Shown here: piece by piece, positions 35,048 through 43,501 of the stretch
How the letters are laid out: the number at the start of each line of letters is the position of its first letter
How positions within the stretch are numbered: position 1 is the stretch's first letter
NCBI GenBank assembly: GCA_023818695.1
Contig: JAMWCF010000001.1
Coordinates: forward strand, 275,306 to 339,305
Reading direction: 5' to 3'
Length of the DNA: 64,000 nucleotides
From: Candidatus Omnitrophota bacterium
GTDB lineage: Bacteria > Omnitrophota > Gorgyraeia > 1-14-0-20-64-10
Notes under the pieces: model-generated
Told to the model about the DNA's origin: nothing
What the model saw: the letters and a program-made list of their open reading frames with translations, nothing else
Databases searched by the model: none
Program-made: the position numbers and the translations under genes

Positions 35048-35958
35048 CGCCGATCTGTCCCGCCTGCAAGGCGGATAAAACATCCCTCTCGAAAGATGCC
35101 GGCAGACCTCCATACCGCTTCTATGAATGCGGCGAGTGCCGCCTGGTCTTCTCCAACCCGATGCAGCCGGTCAACGGCCGGTGGTACAGCCGGCAAGCGA
35201 TGTACGTCGTACGGGACAATTTCGGAACAGGCGAGCTCCAGTGGAACCACCGGCAGTTTCTCAAAGACCTTCCGGCCGCCGGCGGCCGACTGCTGGACGT
35301 CGGCTGCGGGACCGGAGAGTTCTTGGCCGCCGCCCGTCAAGCCGGCTACCTGGTGAGCGGTTTCGACTTCGATGCCGAAGCGGTCAAGACAGCGCGACAG
35401 AGGACCGGAATCAATGAGATAACCACCGGGGACCTGGCGCAGTTTTCCGGAAAGGAGCGGACGAGACGTTTTGACGTGGTGACCGCCTTTGAAGTGCTGG
35501 AGCACTCCCCGGAACCGGACCGGTTCCTGGCCTCTCTGACCGAATTGATCGCTCCCAACGGCTATCTGGCCATCAGCGTGCCTGACAGGGAAAGGCGGCC
35601 TCGGATCCGGTACGACTGGGACTTTCCGCCGAACCACTTAACACGCTGGAGCAGGGGATCACTGGCGCACATTATCCAGAGAAACGGCCTTCGGATCGTC
35701 CGAATGGAAAGTGGATGGAGGCAGGGAGAACCGCTTCTTCACCAAACATTGCAGTTCGGCCTGGTTACCCGCTTGATGGGAGCCGGTTCTCCTTCCGGCG
35801 GCGGCAGAGGCGTTTCCCGCCATGCGGCCTCCACCGCTTACAAGGTGAAATCAGCGGCAGTGAAAATACTGGCTGTGCCGGTCAATCTCGGTTTAAGCGC
35901 CATCGGGGCGACGGGGATGACCCTCTACCTGCTGGCGCAGAAAAACAATGTCAACTGA
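35044..35958 (+). CDS. Class I SAM-dependent methyltransferase with N-terminal zinc-ribbon
   Basis: CPAC...CGEC ribbon, then the SAM motif LLDVGCGTGEFL and VVTAFEVLEH. GTGA overlap with amidotransferase copy 2. Confidence 0.8.
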   Translation: MTPICPACKADKTSLSKDAGRPPYRFYECGECRLVFSNPMQPVNGRWYSRQAMYVVRDNFGTGELQWNHRQFLKDLPAAGGRLLDVGCGTGEFLAAARQAGYLVSGFDFDAEAVKTARQRTGINEITTGDLAQFSGKERTRRFDVVTAFEVLEHSPEPDRFLASLTELIAPNGYLAISVPDRERRPRIRYDWDFPPNHLTRWSRGSLAHIIQRNGLRIVRMESGWRQGEPLLHQTLQFGLVTRLMGAGSPSGGGRGVSRHAASTAYKVKSAAVKILAVPVNLGLSAIGATGMTLYLLAQKNNVN

Positions 35959-37090
35959 TACGCAAAAAACAAAACTGATGCTTCTGATCTCCAGCGGCGC
36001 GTTGGGCGGTGGAGAGGAGACGGTCCGCCTGCTGGCCGTCTATCTCGATAAAAACCTTTTTGACATCACTGTCGTCTGCCCGGCATCCCCTCTATCCGAG
36101 TCGCTGCAGGGGATTCCCGGCGTCGCCTGCCGCACCGCCTGGTTCCCCCGGCTCCCGACCCCGAAGGCGGTCTCCCAACTGACCAACCTCATCCGGGAGG
36201 TCAGACCGGATATCCTGCACACCCATCTTTACCACGGCGACCTTTACGGCTGGCTAGCCACCAGGAAAGCCCATGTTCCCCGGCTGGTCTCGACGGTGCA
36301 GGGGGTCAACTTCTTCTGGGAGATGGAGCGGGGAATCCGCCGCCTGCGCTGGCGTCTCTGCTCCTTGCTCTACCGGCAGATTTACCGGGCTTTCGACGCG
36401 GTCGCCGTCTGCAGCAGCGCCGTCAGAGAACAGATCACAACCAGACCGGGGATTAGGATCCCGGCCGGGAAGATCACGGTGATCCACAACAGCATGGACC
36501 CGGAGAAGCTTCGGGCCGCTTTGGAAAAAGGCGCGGCCACCAGGCAAAACGGGAGATCCAAACGAATCATTTCGGTCGCTAATCTCCTCCCATTCAAGGG
36601 GCACGAGGTCCTCTTGGAGGCGGTGAACCGGCTCCGCTCCATGCTCGACGTCGAATGCCTAATCGTCGGGGAAGGACCGGAGCGCAAGCGGCTGGAAACC
36701 CGATGCAGGGAACTGGGCATTGAAAAGCGGGTCCGGTTCCTTGGAAGCAGGCCGGACGTCGTGAATCTGCTTCACGACAGCGATCTGTTTGTCCTGCCCT
36801 CCCTATGGGAGCCGTTTGGCATCGCTATTGTGGAAGCAATGGCGGCGGGCATCCCGGTGGTTGCCGCTGGAGGCGGCGGGATCCCGGAAATCATCCAAGA
36901 TGGGGTGAACGGCCTCCTGGTCCGGCCCGGAGACCCGGAAGCGCTTGCGGCGAATATCCGGAAGCTCCTTTCCGCCTCTTCCGTCAGGACGGCATTGACC
37001 AAGCACGCGAAAGAAACCGTTCAGAAAAATTTCGGCGCTCCATCGATGGCGGCGGCTTACGCCGGTTGGTATGGCGGAATCCATCGGTGA
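35948..37090 (+). CDS. Glycosyltransferase family 4 (GT-B, group 1)
   Basis: LLISSGALGGGE, and LPSLWEPFGIAIVEAMAAGIPVVAAGGGGIPEIIQDG. Confidence 0.85.
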   Translation: MSTDTQKTKLMLLISSGALGGGEETVRLLAVYLDKNLFDITVVCPASPLSESLQGIPGVACRTAWFPRLPTPKAVSQLTNLIREVRPDILHTHLYHGDLYGWLATRKAHVPRLVSTVQGVNFFWEMERGIRRLRWRLCSLLYRQIYRAFDAVAVCSSAVREQITTRPGIRIPAGKITVIHNSMDPEKLRAALEKGAATRQNGRSKRIISVANLLPFKGHEVLLEAVNRLRSMLDVECLIVGEGPERKRLETRCRELGIEKRVRFLGSRPDVVNLLHDSDLFVLPSLWEPFGIAIVEAMAAGIPVVAAGGGGIPEIIQDGVNGLLVRPGDPEALAANIRKLLSASSVRTALTKHAKETVQKNFGAPSMAAAYAGWYGGIHR

Positions 37091-37096
37091 ATTGAT

Positions 37097-38617
37097 ATGC
37101 TCGTAAAAACAATCGCACGTCAATCGCTTCACAGTGGGCTCTTCTATGGGTGTTACACACTTTCCCGACTTCTTCTGGCTGTGGCGCTTGGCAAGTCCCT
37201 CACCTCCAGGGAGTACGGAACTTACAGTCTGATCGGCTCCCTGTCAGCCATGAGCGGGGCGACCACTTTAAGCGCCTTTCAATATTTCAACCGGCATGTT
37301 CCGGGAAGAGAACTCCGGGAAGGACTCTCTCTCTTTAAGAGTGTCCTCGTGCCGCAGACCATTCTGTTGACGACGGCGTTCGCGTTCCTCTTTTTCTTTT
37401 CAGGTTTGCGTGGCGAGTTCGCCAGAATCATGGAGATCAGCTCACAGCCCGCCTTATTTTTATTGATAGCAGCCATCCTGCTGCTTGATGGAATTGCCAC
37501 TGAGTTTATGCGATACCTTTACGCCAGAAAGGAGATCGAGCGAGGCAACATCGTGACCTTCTTTCAGAACAGTTTTTGGGCCTTTTTACTTTTCCTGCTT
37601 TTCCTAGCCACCCCACAATGGATCGATTTTCTGGTTGTTCTCAATGTGTGGTTGGCAGGGCTGATTCTGGCCGTTGGCTACAGCATCTGGAAAACCGGCT
37701 TCAAGGATCTCCTGAAGGTTCCATGGAGCATGGGCACCTATATGTCAGCTATCCGGTTTGGCCTGCCGTTTATTATGACTTATTCGGCATCGACGGCACT
37801 TTCTTTCGGCCGTTTCTTCCTGGCTGGAATTCATTCGGCGGAGGAGGTCGGCATTTTTTCTTATCACTACAATATCATCGCCATGATCGGCGCCCTCTCC
37901 TCGCCTCTGATCGGCAACCCGATCGACCCTTACGCCGTTGAGGCTTACAATCACGGCCGCTATGAACACAGCAGCATTTTGCTGACCGCTTCTTTGAAAT
38001 ACCGCCTTTTCCTGGTCATCCCACTGCTGACGGCTGCGGCTTCCTGCAGCGAGTCTTTGATCCGCTTCCTGGCAAAGGAGCAATTCGTCGCGTCGCCATG
38101 GCTGCTTTTTTCCATGGTTCCGATTCCGGTCCTCCTAACCCTGGCCAGCTCCTTGGAGCGGATTTATTTCCTGGAAAAGAGGATGGCCATCGCCGGCTTG
38201 TGCCATCTGGCCGGTGGTATCGTTCAGGTGGCCGCTTTCCCCCTCCTGATCCCCATTCATCCGCTGTACGGCATCGTCACCGCCATAAACGTTGGCCTCC
38301 TCATCCAAACGGTCTTTCTTTGGACATTCTCAAGAGGGGGGCAACTTTCCATTCAAACAAACGGCTGGAAAATGTTCCTTGCTACCGTCATCTCCGGCAT
38401 AACGGGCTGGATAATCTCCCGAACCACCATTTTATTCCCCCCCGCAATCGCGTTGATACTGGCGGCCAGCTCCGCCGTCATCGGCTTCATCATTCCGATT
38501 TTTTTCCTCCGGCTGCTCCCGCCATCTGAATTTAAAGCCCTGCATGGAATCATTCGAGGCAAAGATGGCGAAAAAAAGAAGGAACAACCATTGGCCGCCG
38601 CATCGCTGGAGGGATGA
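37097..38617 (+). CDS. wzx: Wzx-like oligosaccharide flippase (MOP superfamily polysaccharide biosynthesis protein)
   Basis: 506 aa with 12-14 hydrophobic segments and no soluble domain. The N-terminal pattern is typical of Wzx-type proteins. Lower GC than its neighbours, as is common for wzx. Confidence 0.65.
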   Translation: MLVKTIARQSLHSGLFYGCYTLSRLLLAVALGKSLTSREYGTYSLIGSLSAMSGATTLSAFQYFNRHVPGRELREGLSLFKSVLVPQTILLTTAFAFLFFFSGLRGEFARIMEISSQPALFLLIAAILLLDGIATEFMRYLYARKEIERGNIVTFFQNSFWAFLLFLLFLATPQWIDFLVVLNVWLAGLILAVGYSIWKTGFKDLLKVPWSMGTYMSAIRFGLPFIMTYSASTALSFGRFFLAGIHSAEEVGIFSYHYNIIAMIGALSSPLIGNPIDPYAVEAYNHGRYEHSSILLTASLKYRLFLVIPLLTAAASCSESLIRFLAKEQFVASPWLLFSMVPIPVLLTLASSLERIYFLEKRMAIAGLCHLAGGIVQVAAFPLLIPIHPLYGIVTAINVGLLIQTVFLWTFSRGGQLSIQTNGWKMFLATVISGITGWIISRTTILFPPAIALILAASSAVIGFIIPIFFLRLLPPSEFKALHGIIRGKDGEKKKEQPLAAASLEG

Positions 38618-40101
38618 TGACCGAGGGAAAAACCCCTCTGCGCTGTCTGGCCTACATGGCGGGGAACTCCACGCCGTTCTTCATCAGCATAATGGAGGCC
38701 TTCGTCGAGCGGATGGGCAGCCGCGTCTCGGAGCTGACGATTCTAGTCGGAGACCGTTACCAGTTCCTTCAGGCGAAAAAGCGGTCTTTGAATGTAAAAA
38801 TTCGGCTGATCTATCAGCATGAGCGGTTTAACCCGTTTCACGCGCCGATGCCCGACACGACCCGCTTGGCGCAACTGGAACAACGATACGGCATCCCGAA
38901 CCTCTGGCGGTATGTGCTGGCCCAGCGGATGATCGATCCCCTGCCGCACGATAGAAAAACCGCCTATCTAGCCGCCTACCTGGAATATTATGAAGCCCTG
39001 TTCCATAAAACGCGGCCGGATGTTTTCATTACCGGAGGACAAGACTCCCTGCCTTTTCTGGCAGCGCACGAGGTGTTTAAACGAAACGGAGCGATCCCTC
39101 TCATTCTGACGCCTGGATGGATCCCTGGATGGGTCTTCGTGGTGGACAACGAATATCTCCGGATCCCGGGCGTTCCGGAGTTGTACGAATCACTGAAGGG
39201 ACGGGAGTTGACACCGGAAGAAAAGGCCATCGCGGCGCAGATCCGGGATAGCTACCTGGTGAAGAAAATCCGCCCTACCGCTTTCCTGGCGGGGCATTCG
39301 ATCCCGGCGGTCCCCTCTCCGCTGCGTTTTCTGAAGATCCTCGCCAGGCGAATCCGGTATGAGGACCGGTACTTCGACGCGCCGTTGAAGGAAAACATGA
39401 AGCGGTCGGTCTTGGTTCGGGCCCGGATGCCGTTCCAAAAAGCTGTTTACCAACGACTGTCGCACACGTCGGCGACAGAAAAAAACGCTCTTTACTACCC
39501 GCTCCATTACGAGCCGGAAGCGAGCATCGACGTGCTCGGCACCCCGTACCGAGACCAGCTGGAGCTGATTGAGCGGATTGCCTCCTGCCTTCCGGTCAAC
39601 TGCACCCTTTACGTGAAGGAACATCCCCACATGAACCCGGGGGCCAGACCAATCGGCTTCTATCGGAAACTAGCCCGGATCAACGGGGTGAAGCTGCTGG
39701 ACCAGGGAATCAACGGGCACGAAGTGATCTGGCGGTGCAAAGGAGTGGTGACGATCGCCGGCACAACCGGCTTCGAGGCCCTCTTCTATGGAAAACCGGT
39801 CCTTCTAATGGGACACACCTTCTATGAAGATTTCAGGGAAGGGATCTTCACGCCGGGAAGCTGGGAAAAGATGGTCACAACGTTGAAAGAAATGGTCTCC
39901 TTCGCCGGTTTCGATCCGGTGCTACTGGACAAGTTCGTCGTGGCGGTGATCAAAAGAAGTTTCCCGGGACTCAACGAGATCACGGCCCCCGGCTACGACG
40001 AACCGGAAAATCACGCGGCCCTGGCAAAAGCGCTCGAAACAGAGTTGGAATTCAGAGCGGGAAAGGAGAAGATCGGTGAGACGGCTTGTATGCCGGCTTG
40101 A
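38614..40101 (+). CDS. Capsule_synth (KpsS/KpsC-like) family protein, candidate ulosonic/nonulosonic acid transferase (paralog 2)
   Basis: YYPLHYEPEASID..., LYVKEHPHMNPG, VVTIAGTTGFEALFYGKPVLLMGHTFYE. ATGA overlap with wzx. Confidence 0.75.
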   Translation: MMTEGKTPLRCLAYMAGNSTPFFISIMEAFVERMGSRVSELTILVGDRYQFLQAKKRSLNVKIRLIYQHERFNPFHAPMPDTTRLAQLEQRYGIPNLWRYVLAQRMIDPLPHDRKTAYLAAYLEYYEALFHKTRPDVFITGGQDSLPFLAAHEVFKRNGAIPLILTPGWIPGWVFVVDNEYLRIPGVPELYESLKGRELTPEEKAIAAQIRDSYLVKKIRPTAFLAGHSIPAVPSPLRFLKILARRIRYEDRYFDAPLKENMKRSVLVRARMPFQKAVYQRLSHTSATEKNALYYPLHYEPEASIDVLGTPYRDQLELIERIASCLPVNCTLYVKEHPHMNPGARPIGFYRKLARINGVKLLDQGINGHEVIWRCKGVVTIAGTTGFEALFYGKPVLLMGHTFYEDFREGIFTPGSWEKMVTTLKEMVSFAGFDPVLLDKFVVAVIKRSFPGLNEITAPGYDEPENHAALAKALETELEFRAGKEKIGETACMPA

Positions 40102-41149
40102 CCAGGATGGCGTCGGAGCGGGTCGCTCCCGGCGGCTTCATGCGGCAATTCTTGCAGACGACGCTGTAACCCTTCTTCTCAAGAAAGGATCGGCGAAGTT
40201 CCGTTTGCTGGGGGCTGTTGAAAACCTGGCCGACGGTGTCCCCCTTGAGGATGTTCCCGAAGACCAGGTGCTTGGCATAGAAGGAACAGCAGGGCTGGAT
40301 GTTGCCGTTGGCCGTCACGGCAATCGACTGGAAAGGATACTGGCAATGGAAGGGACCTGTTTCAAAATCGGGCAGGGTATCGATCCGAGAGTGGTCGACG
40401 CAATCCTGGAACTCGATGTAATCGGTGTAGTCGGCCCATTTTCGGACGAAGAGGTCCATCTCATGCTCATTGAGTTTGGTCACCACGAAGCTGACCCGAA
40501 CGATCGGCACCTTTCGGCCCATGGCGTTTCGGACTCGGATGAACTCCTTCAGGTTATTTTCGACCAGCTCCAGATCTCCCCCGCGGCAAACGGTGTAGGT
40601 GTCCTGCGTGGCGGCATCGATCGAACAGTGGAGCTTGGTCACCCCCGCCTCAATCAACTTCCGGGAACGCTCGGGGGTGAGGTAAACGCCATTGGTGGTG
40701 AGGATGATATCGACGATGCCCCGGTCGGCGATGTACCGGACCTTCTCTTCCAGATGCTTGTCGATCAGGGGCTCTCCCCGGTCGAACCCGACTGCCGCCA
40801 GCCCCTGTGTCCTGGCGGCATACTCGTCGATCATCCGTTCGAAAGCCGCCTTGTCGATCCGGGCTTTGCTCCCCCGGTCAACGGCGCGGGGACAATACGG
40901 GCATTCGTAGTTGCACCAGTCGACCGCTTCAACCGACAAGTCAAGGGGGTAATCAAGGATCATCTCCCCGCGGCCAGAAGCCAGAAAGCGGCGGCGATAT
41001 TCCTTGTACCGCTCTCCCTTGACTTCGGCGATCAGATCGTTCGGATCGGCGAGTTTGGAAAAACGGGTCTGAAAGAAAAGCCGCGACTTTTTGAGATCGA
41101 CGGCGGCCTGTTGGGTGGCTTCGTCACTCATAAGCGATTCGATTGACAT
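40052..41149 (-). CDS. Radical SAM enzyme with C-terminal SPASM/twitch-like Cys-rich extension
   Basis: CNYECPYC (CxxxCxxC), FDRGEPLI (GGEPL-like) and ILTTNGVYL. C-terminal C-x13-GNIQPC (G-x4-C) and a terminal CKNC. The 356-aa ORF on the + strand (40076..41146) has no motifs. This is the only convincing minus-strand gene in the window. Confidence 0.9.
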   Translation of the reverse strand: MSIESLMSDEATQQAAVDLKKSRLFFQTRFSKLADPNDLIAEVKGERYKEYRRRFLASGRGEMILDYPLDLSVEAVDWCNYECPYCPRAVDRGSKARIDKAAFERMIDEYAARTQGLAAVGFDRGEPLIDKHLEEKVRYIADRGIVDIILTTNGVYLTPERSRKLIEAGVTKLHCSIDAATQDTYTVCRGGDLELVENNLKEFIRVRNAMGRKVPIVRVSFVVTKLNEHEMDLFVRKWADYTDYIEFQDCVDHSRIDTLPDFETGPFHCQYPFQSIAVTANGNIQPCCSFYAKHLVFGNILKGDTVGQVFNSPQQTELRRSFLEKKGYSVVCKNCRMKPPGATRSDAILVKPAYKPSHRSSPFPL

Positions 41150-41157
41150 TGTAGACC

Positions 41158-42666
41158 ATGGTTGAATCTTTTACACCAAAATTCTCGACGAAGGGCGGCG
41201 CCCCCGCCGTGCTTGTCTACGCCAGGTATTACACAACCAGCATCGTGCTGATCCGAGCGCTGGAACAGCTCTTTAAGGATTCTCCCGAAGTGCCGAAGGA
41301 GATCCGGTTCCACGTTGTGTTGGATGACCGGCGGGACCTGCCAATGGCAAGGAAAGCCCTTCCGGCTTCCGTCTCAATCCACCTCCAATACGACGCCATC
41401 CAGCCGTACCGGGACACCCGCAAATGGCCGGAAGAGACGGTCAGCCGCTGGGAGAAGAGCTACGGGTCGCCCCACTTGAGAAGTTTCCTCTGGATGGAGA
41501 GGGCCCTGGAGGGCCGTCCGGAAGGGGTGAAGTGGCGCTATCTCCTGTGTCATCTCGATTACTTCGAAAAACTCTGGAAGGAGATCCATCCTTCCCTTTA
41601 CATCACCGGCGCCGCCGACGGGCTTTTGCCATGGACCGCCATGACCGTCATGAAAGCAAACGGCGTGCCGGTGCTGTGCCTCGGGCCCTCCCGTTTCGGA
41701 AAGAAGATCTTCGTGATGGACAACGCGTACGAGCATCTCGATATCGGTGCGGTTTATCAACGGATCCGGCGTGAAGGGCTTCTTCCGGAACAACGCCAGC
41801 AAGCCGTCCAGCTTGTGGAAGAATACCGACGTGCTTCCGTAAAACCGGTCGATTACATCGCCCTGCAGGGACGGCTGAAGAGGCGCCGACTCCTGCCGAA
41901 CCCCTTCTCGGCCATCCGGCTGGCGCGGGACGCCTTCTGCACCGATGCCGGAAACTTTGACATGCCGCTGCGGGCCTCCCTGGAACGGGCTCTGAAAGCC
42001 CGTAGAACCGCTCTTTACAATCACCTGCTTGCTTCCACGCAAACGGCCGTCTTGCCGGAGGCAGAGCGGTTCTTTTTCTTCCCACTCCAGTACGAACCGG
42101 AGATCTCTTTGAGCACGCAGGGCAGGGGCTGGCATAAACAGCTGGAACTCGTGAAATGGATAAGCCAGTCCTTGCCGATCGACCGTTGGCTTTACGTCAA
42201 AGAGCATCCGTCGATGCTCTCCGGCATACGGCCTTTGCGCTTCTACCGAGAAATCCTCTCGCTACCGAGGGTCCGTCTCCTGAAACAATCGATCAACAGT
42301 TTTGAGATCGTGCCGAAGGCGGAGGCGGTGCTCACCATCACCGGCACGGCCGGGTGGGAGGCACTCATGTTCGGACGACCCGTGGTTCTGCTCGGCCATG
42401 CCTTCTATGAAGAGTTTGCGGAGGGGGTCACGCGGCTGGAATCCCGAGAAACGCTTCCTGCAATCCTGCTGGATATGCGCCGGAAATGGTTTGCGCAGGA
42501 AGATCTGTTGGCCTACATCACCGCGGTGATGACCAAAACACGGGACGGCTTCTTTTTCGACCCGCGCCTTTACCCGGAGATGATCCCTGACGGACTCGGA
42601 GAAAAAAACCTCCGGAACATTGCGGCTGTTTTACGGGAAAAACTCCCTCAACCGGTGTTATCATAA
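41158..42666 (+). CDS. Capsule_synth (KpsS/KpsC-like) family protein, candidate ulosonic/nonulosonic acid transferase (paralog 3)
   Basis: FFFPLQYEPEISL..., LYVKEHPSMLSG, VLTITGTAGWEALMFGRPVVLLGHAFYE. Colinear with paralog 2 from the N-terminus onward. Confidence 0.75.
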   Translation: MVESFTPKFSTKGGAPAVLVYARYYTTSIVLIRALEQLFKDSPEVPKEIRFHVVLDDRRDLPMARKALPASVSIHLQYDAIQPYRDTRKWPEETVSRWEKSYGSPHLRSFLWMERALEGRPEGVKWRYLLCHLDYFEKLWKEIHPSLYITGAADGLLPWTAMTVMKANGVPVLCLGPSRFGKKIFVMDNAYEHLDIGAVYQRIRREGLLPEQRQQAVQLVEEYRRASVKPVDYIALQGRLKRRRLLPNPFSAIRLARDAFCTDAGNFDMPLRASLERALKARRTALYNHLLASTQTAVLPEAERFFFFPLQYEPEISLSTQGRGWHKQLELVKWISQSLPIDRWLYVKEHPSMLSGIRPLRFYREILSLPRVRLLKQSINSFEIVPKAEAVLTITGTAGWEALMFGRPVVLLGHAFYEEFAEGVTRLESRETLPAILLDMRRKWFAQEDLLAYITAVMTKTRDGFFFDPRLYPEMIPDGLGEKNLRNIAAVLREKLPQPVLS

Positions 42667-42719
42667 AAAGATCACTTAGAGCACACGCCAGCTTGTGAAA
42701 GGGGCTCTTAGAACGCATA

Positions 42720-43501
42720 ATGGAACATAAAGCTAGAACCGACACCGTCCCCGGTTTCGAAAACACCCTCACATTGCGCAGGGAAATTCCCGTTCGCTTC
42801 CCGGTGAACCTGTCGATCGTCCTGCCGGCCTTCAACGAGGCGGCGAACCTGGCGGCGGTCACGGAATCGGCGGTCGCGTTCCTGCGCGAATCGGTCGAAA
42901 ATTTCGAAATCATCATCGTCAATGACGGCTCCACCGACGGCACGGGGGAGCTGATCCGGACCCTCGCCTGGAAGCACCCGGAGGTGCGGGGGATCGAACA
43001 CCCGGTGAACAGTGGCTACGGGGCCTGTTTGCGTAACGGCTTCGCCTCCAGCCGGTACGAATGGCTCTTCTTCACCGATTCGGACCACCAGTTCCGGATC
43101 GACAGTCTGCTGGAGCTTCTGCCGCTGCGGAAGAGGCCGATGTCATCGTCGGGTTCCGGAAGGAGCGGCGGGATCCGCGGCTGCGGCTGTTCCTTTCATG
43201 GGGCTATAACCTGCTCATGCGGCTAATGTTCGACGTGCAGGTGAGGGATATCGACTGCGCCTTCAAGCTGCTTAAGAGGGATGTCCTCGGTGCCGTTCGG
43301 ATTGAATCGGACCGGTTTTTCGTCAACACGGAACTGCTGGTCAAGGCCCGCGCAAAGGGGTACCGGATCAAAGAAACGGGGGTGGACCACTTTCCGAGGA
43401 TCTACGACCGCTCCAAGGTTTCCCTCCGGGAGATCCCCCGCACGCTCCGGGAAGTGATCCGGATCTGGAAATCGGTGCGTCGGCAATCCGCCCATGTTTG
43501 A
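42720..43501 (+). pseudogene. Glycosyltransferase family 2 (polyprenyl-phosphate sugar synthase type) interrupted by a frameshift near 43127
   Basis: ORF 42720..43226 carries LSIVLPAFNE...VNDGSTDGT...FTDSDHQF...LLELLPL. ORF 43061..43501, one frame back, continues AEEADVIVGFRKERRDP...DIDCAFKLLKR. Restoring one G in CTG(G)CGG at about 43127 would give a continuous protein of about 260 aa. Confidence 0.7.

Noticed and set aside
40076-41146. 356-aa ORF on the + strand, which would make the array fully co-directional
   Set aside because: It is the mirror of the radical SAM gene. It has no motifs, whereas the minus-strand translation has CxxxCxxC, GEPL-like, TNG and C-terminal Cys motifs.
41143-41148. 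TTGACA hexamer 10 nt upstream of the 41158 start, considered as a promoter for the downstream paralog
   Set aside because: It is too close to the ATG: the corresponding -10 would fall inside the CDS. It also lies within the radical SAM coding sequence, so it cannot be evaluated without transcript mapping.
41151-41157. Shared TGTAGAC heptamer immediately upstream of two start codons (41151..41157 before ATG 41158; 60858..60864 before ATG 60866)
   Set aside because: A 7-mer is expected several times by chance in 128 kb of two-strand sequence. With only two occurrences noted, this is not enough to call a motif.
42690-42712. Possible hairpin (AGAGC ... GCTCT) in the 42667..42719 gap, considered as a terminator
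   Set aside because: It has only a 5-bp stem with a loop of about 22 nt and no U-tract, so it would be thermodynamically negligible.
43110-43140. Programmed -1 ribosomal frameshift in the split GT2
   Set aside because: There is no X_XXY_YYZ slippery heptamer and no obvious downstream structure. A single-base deletion or sequencing error is the simpler explanation.
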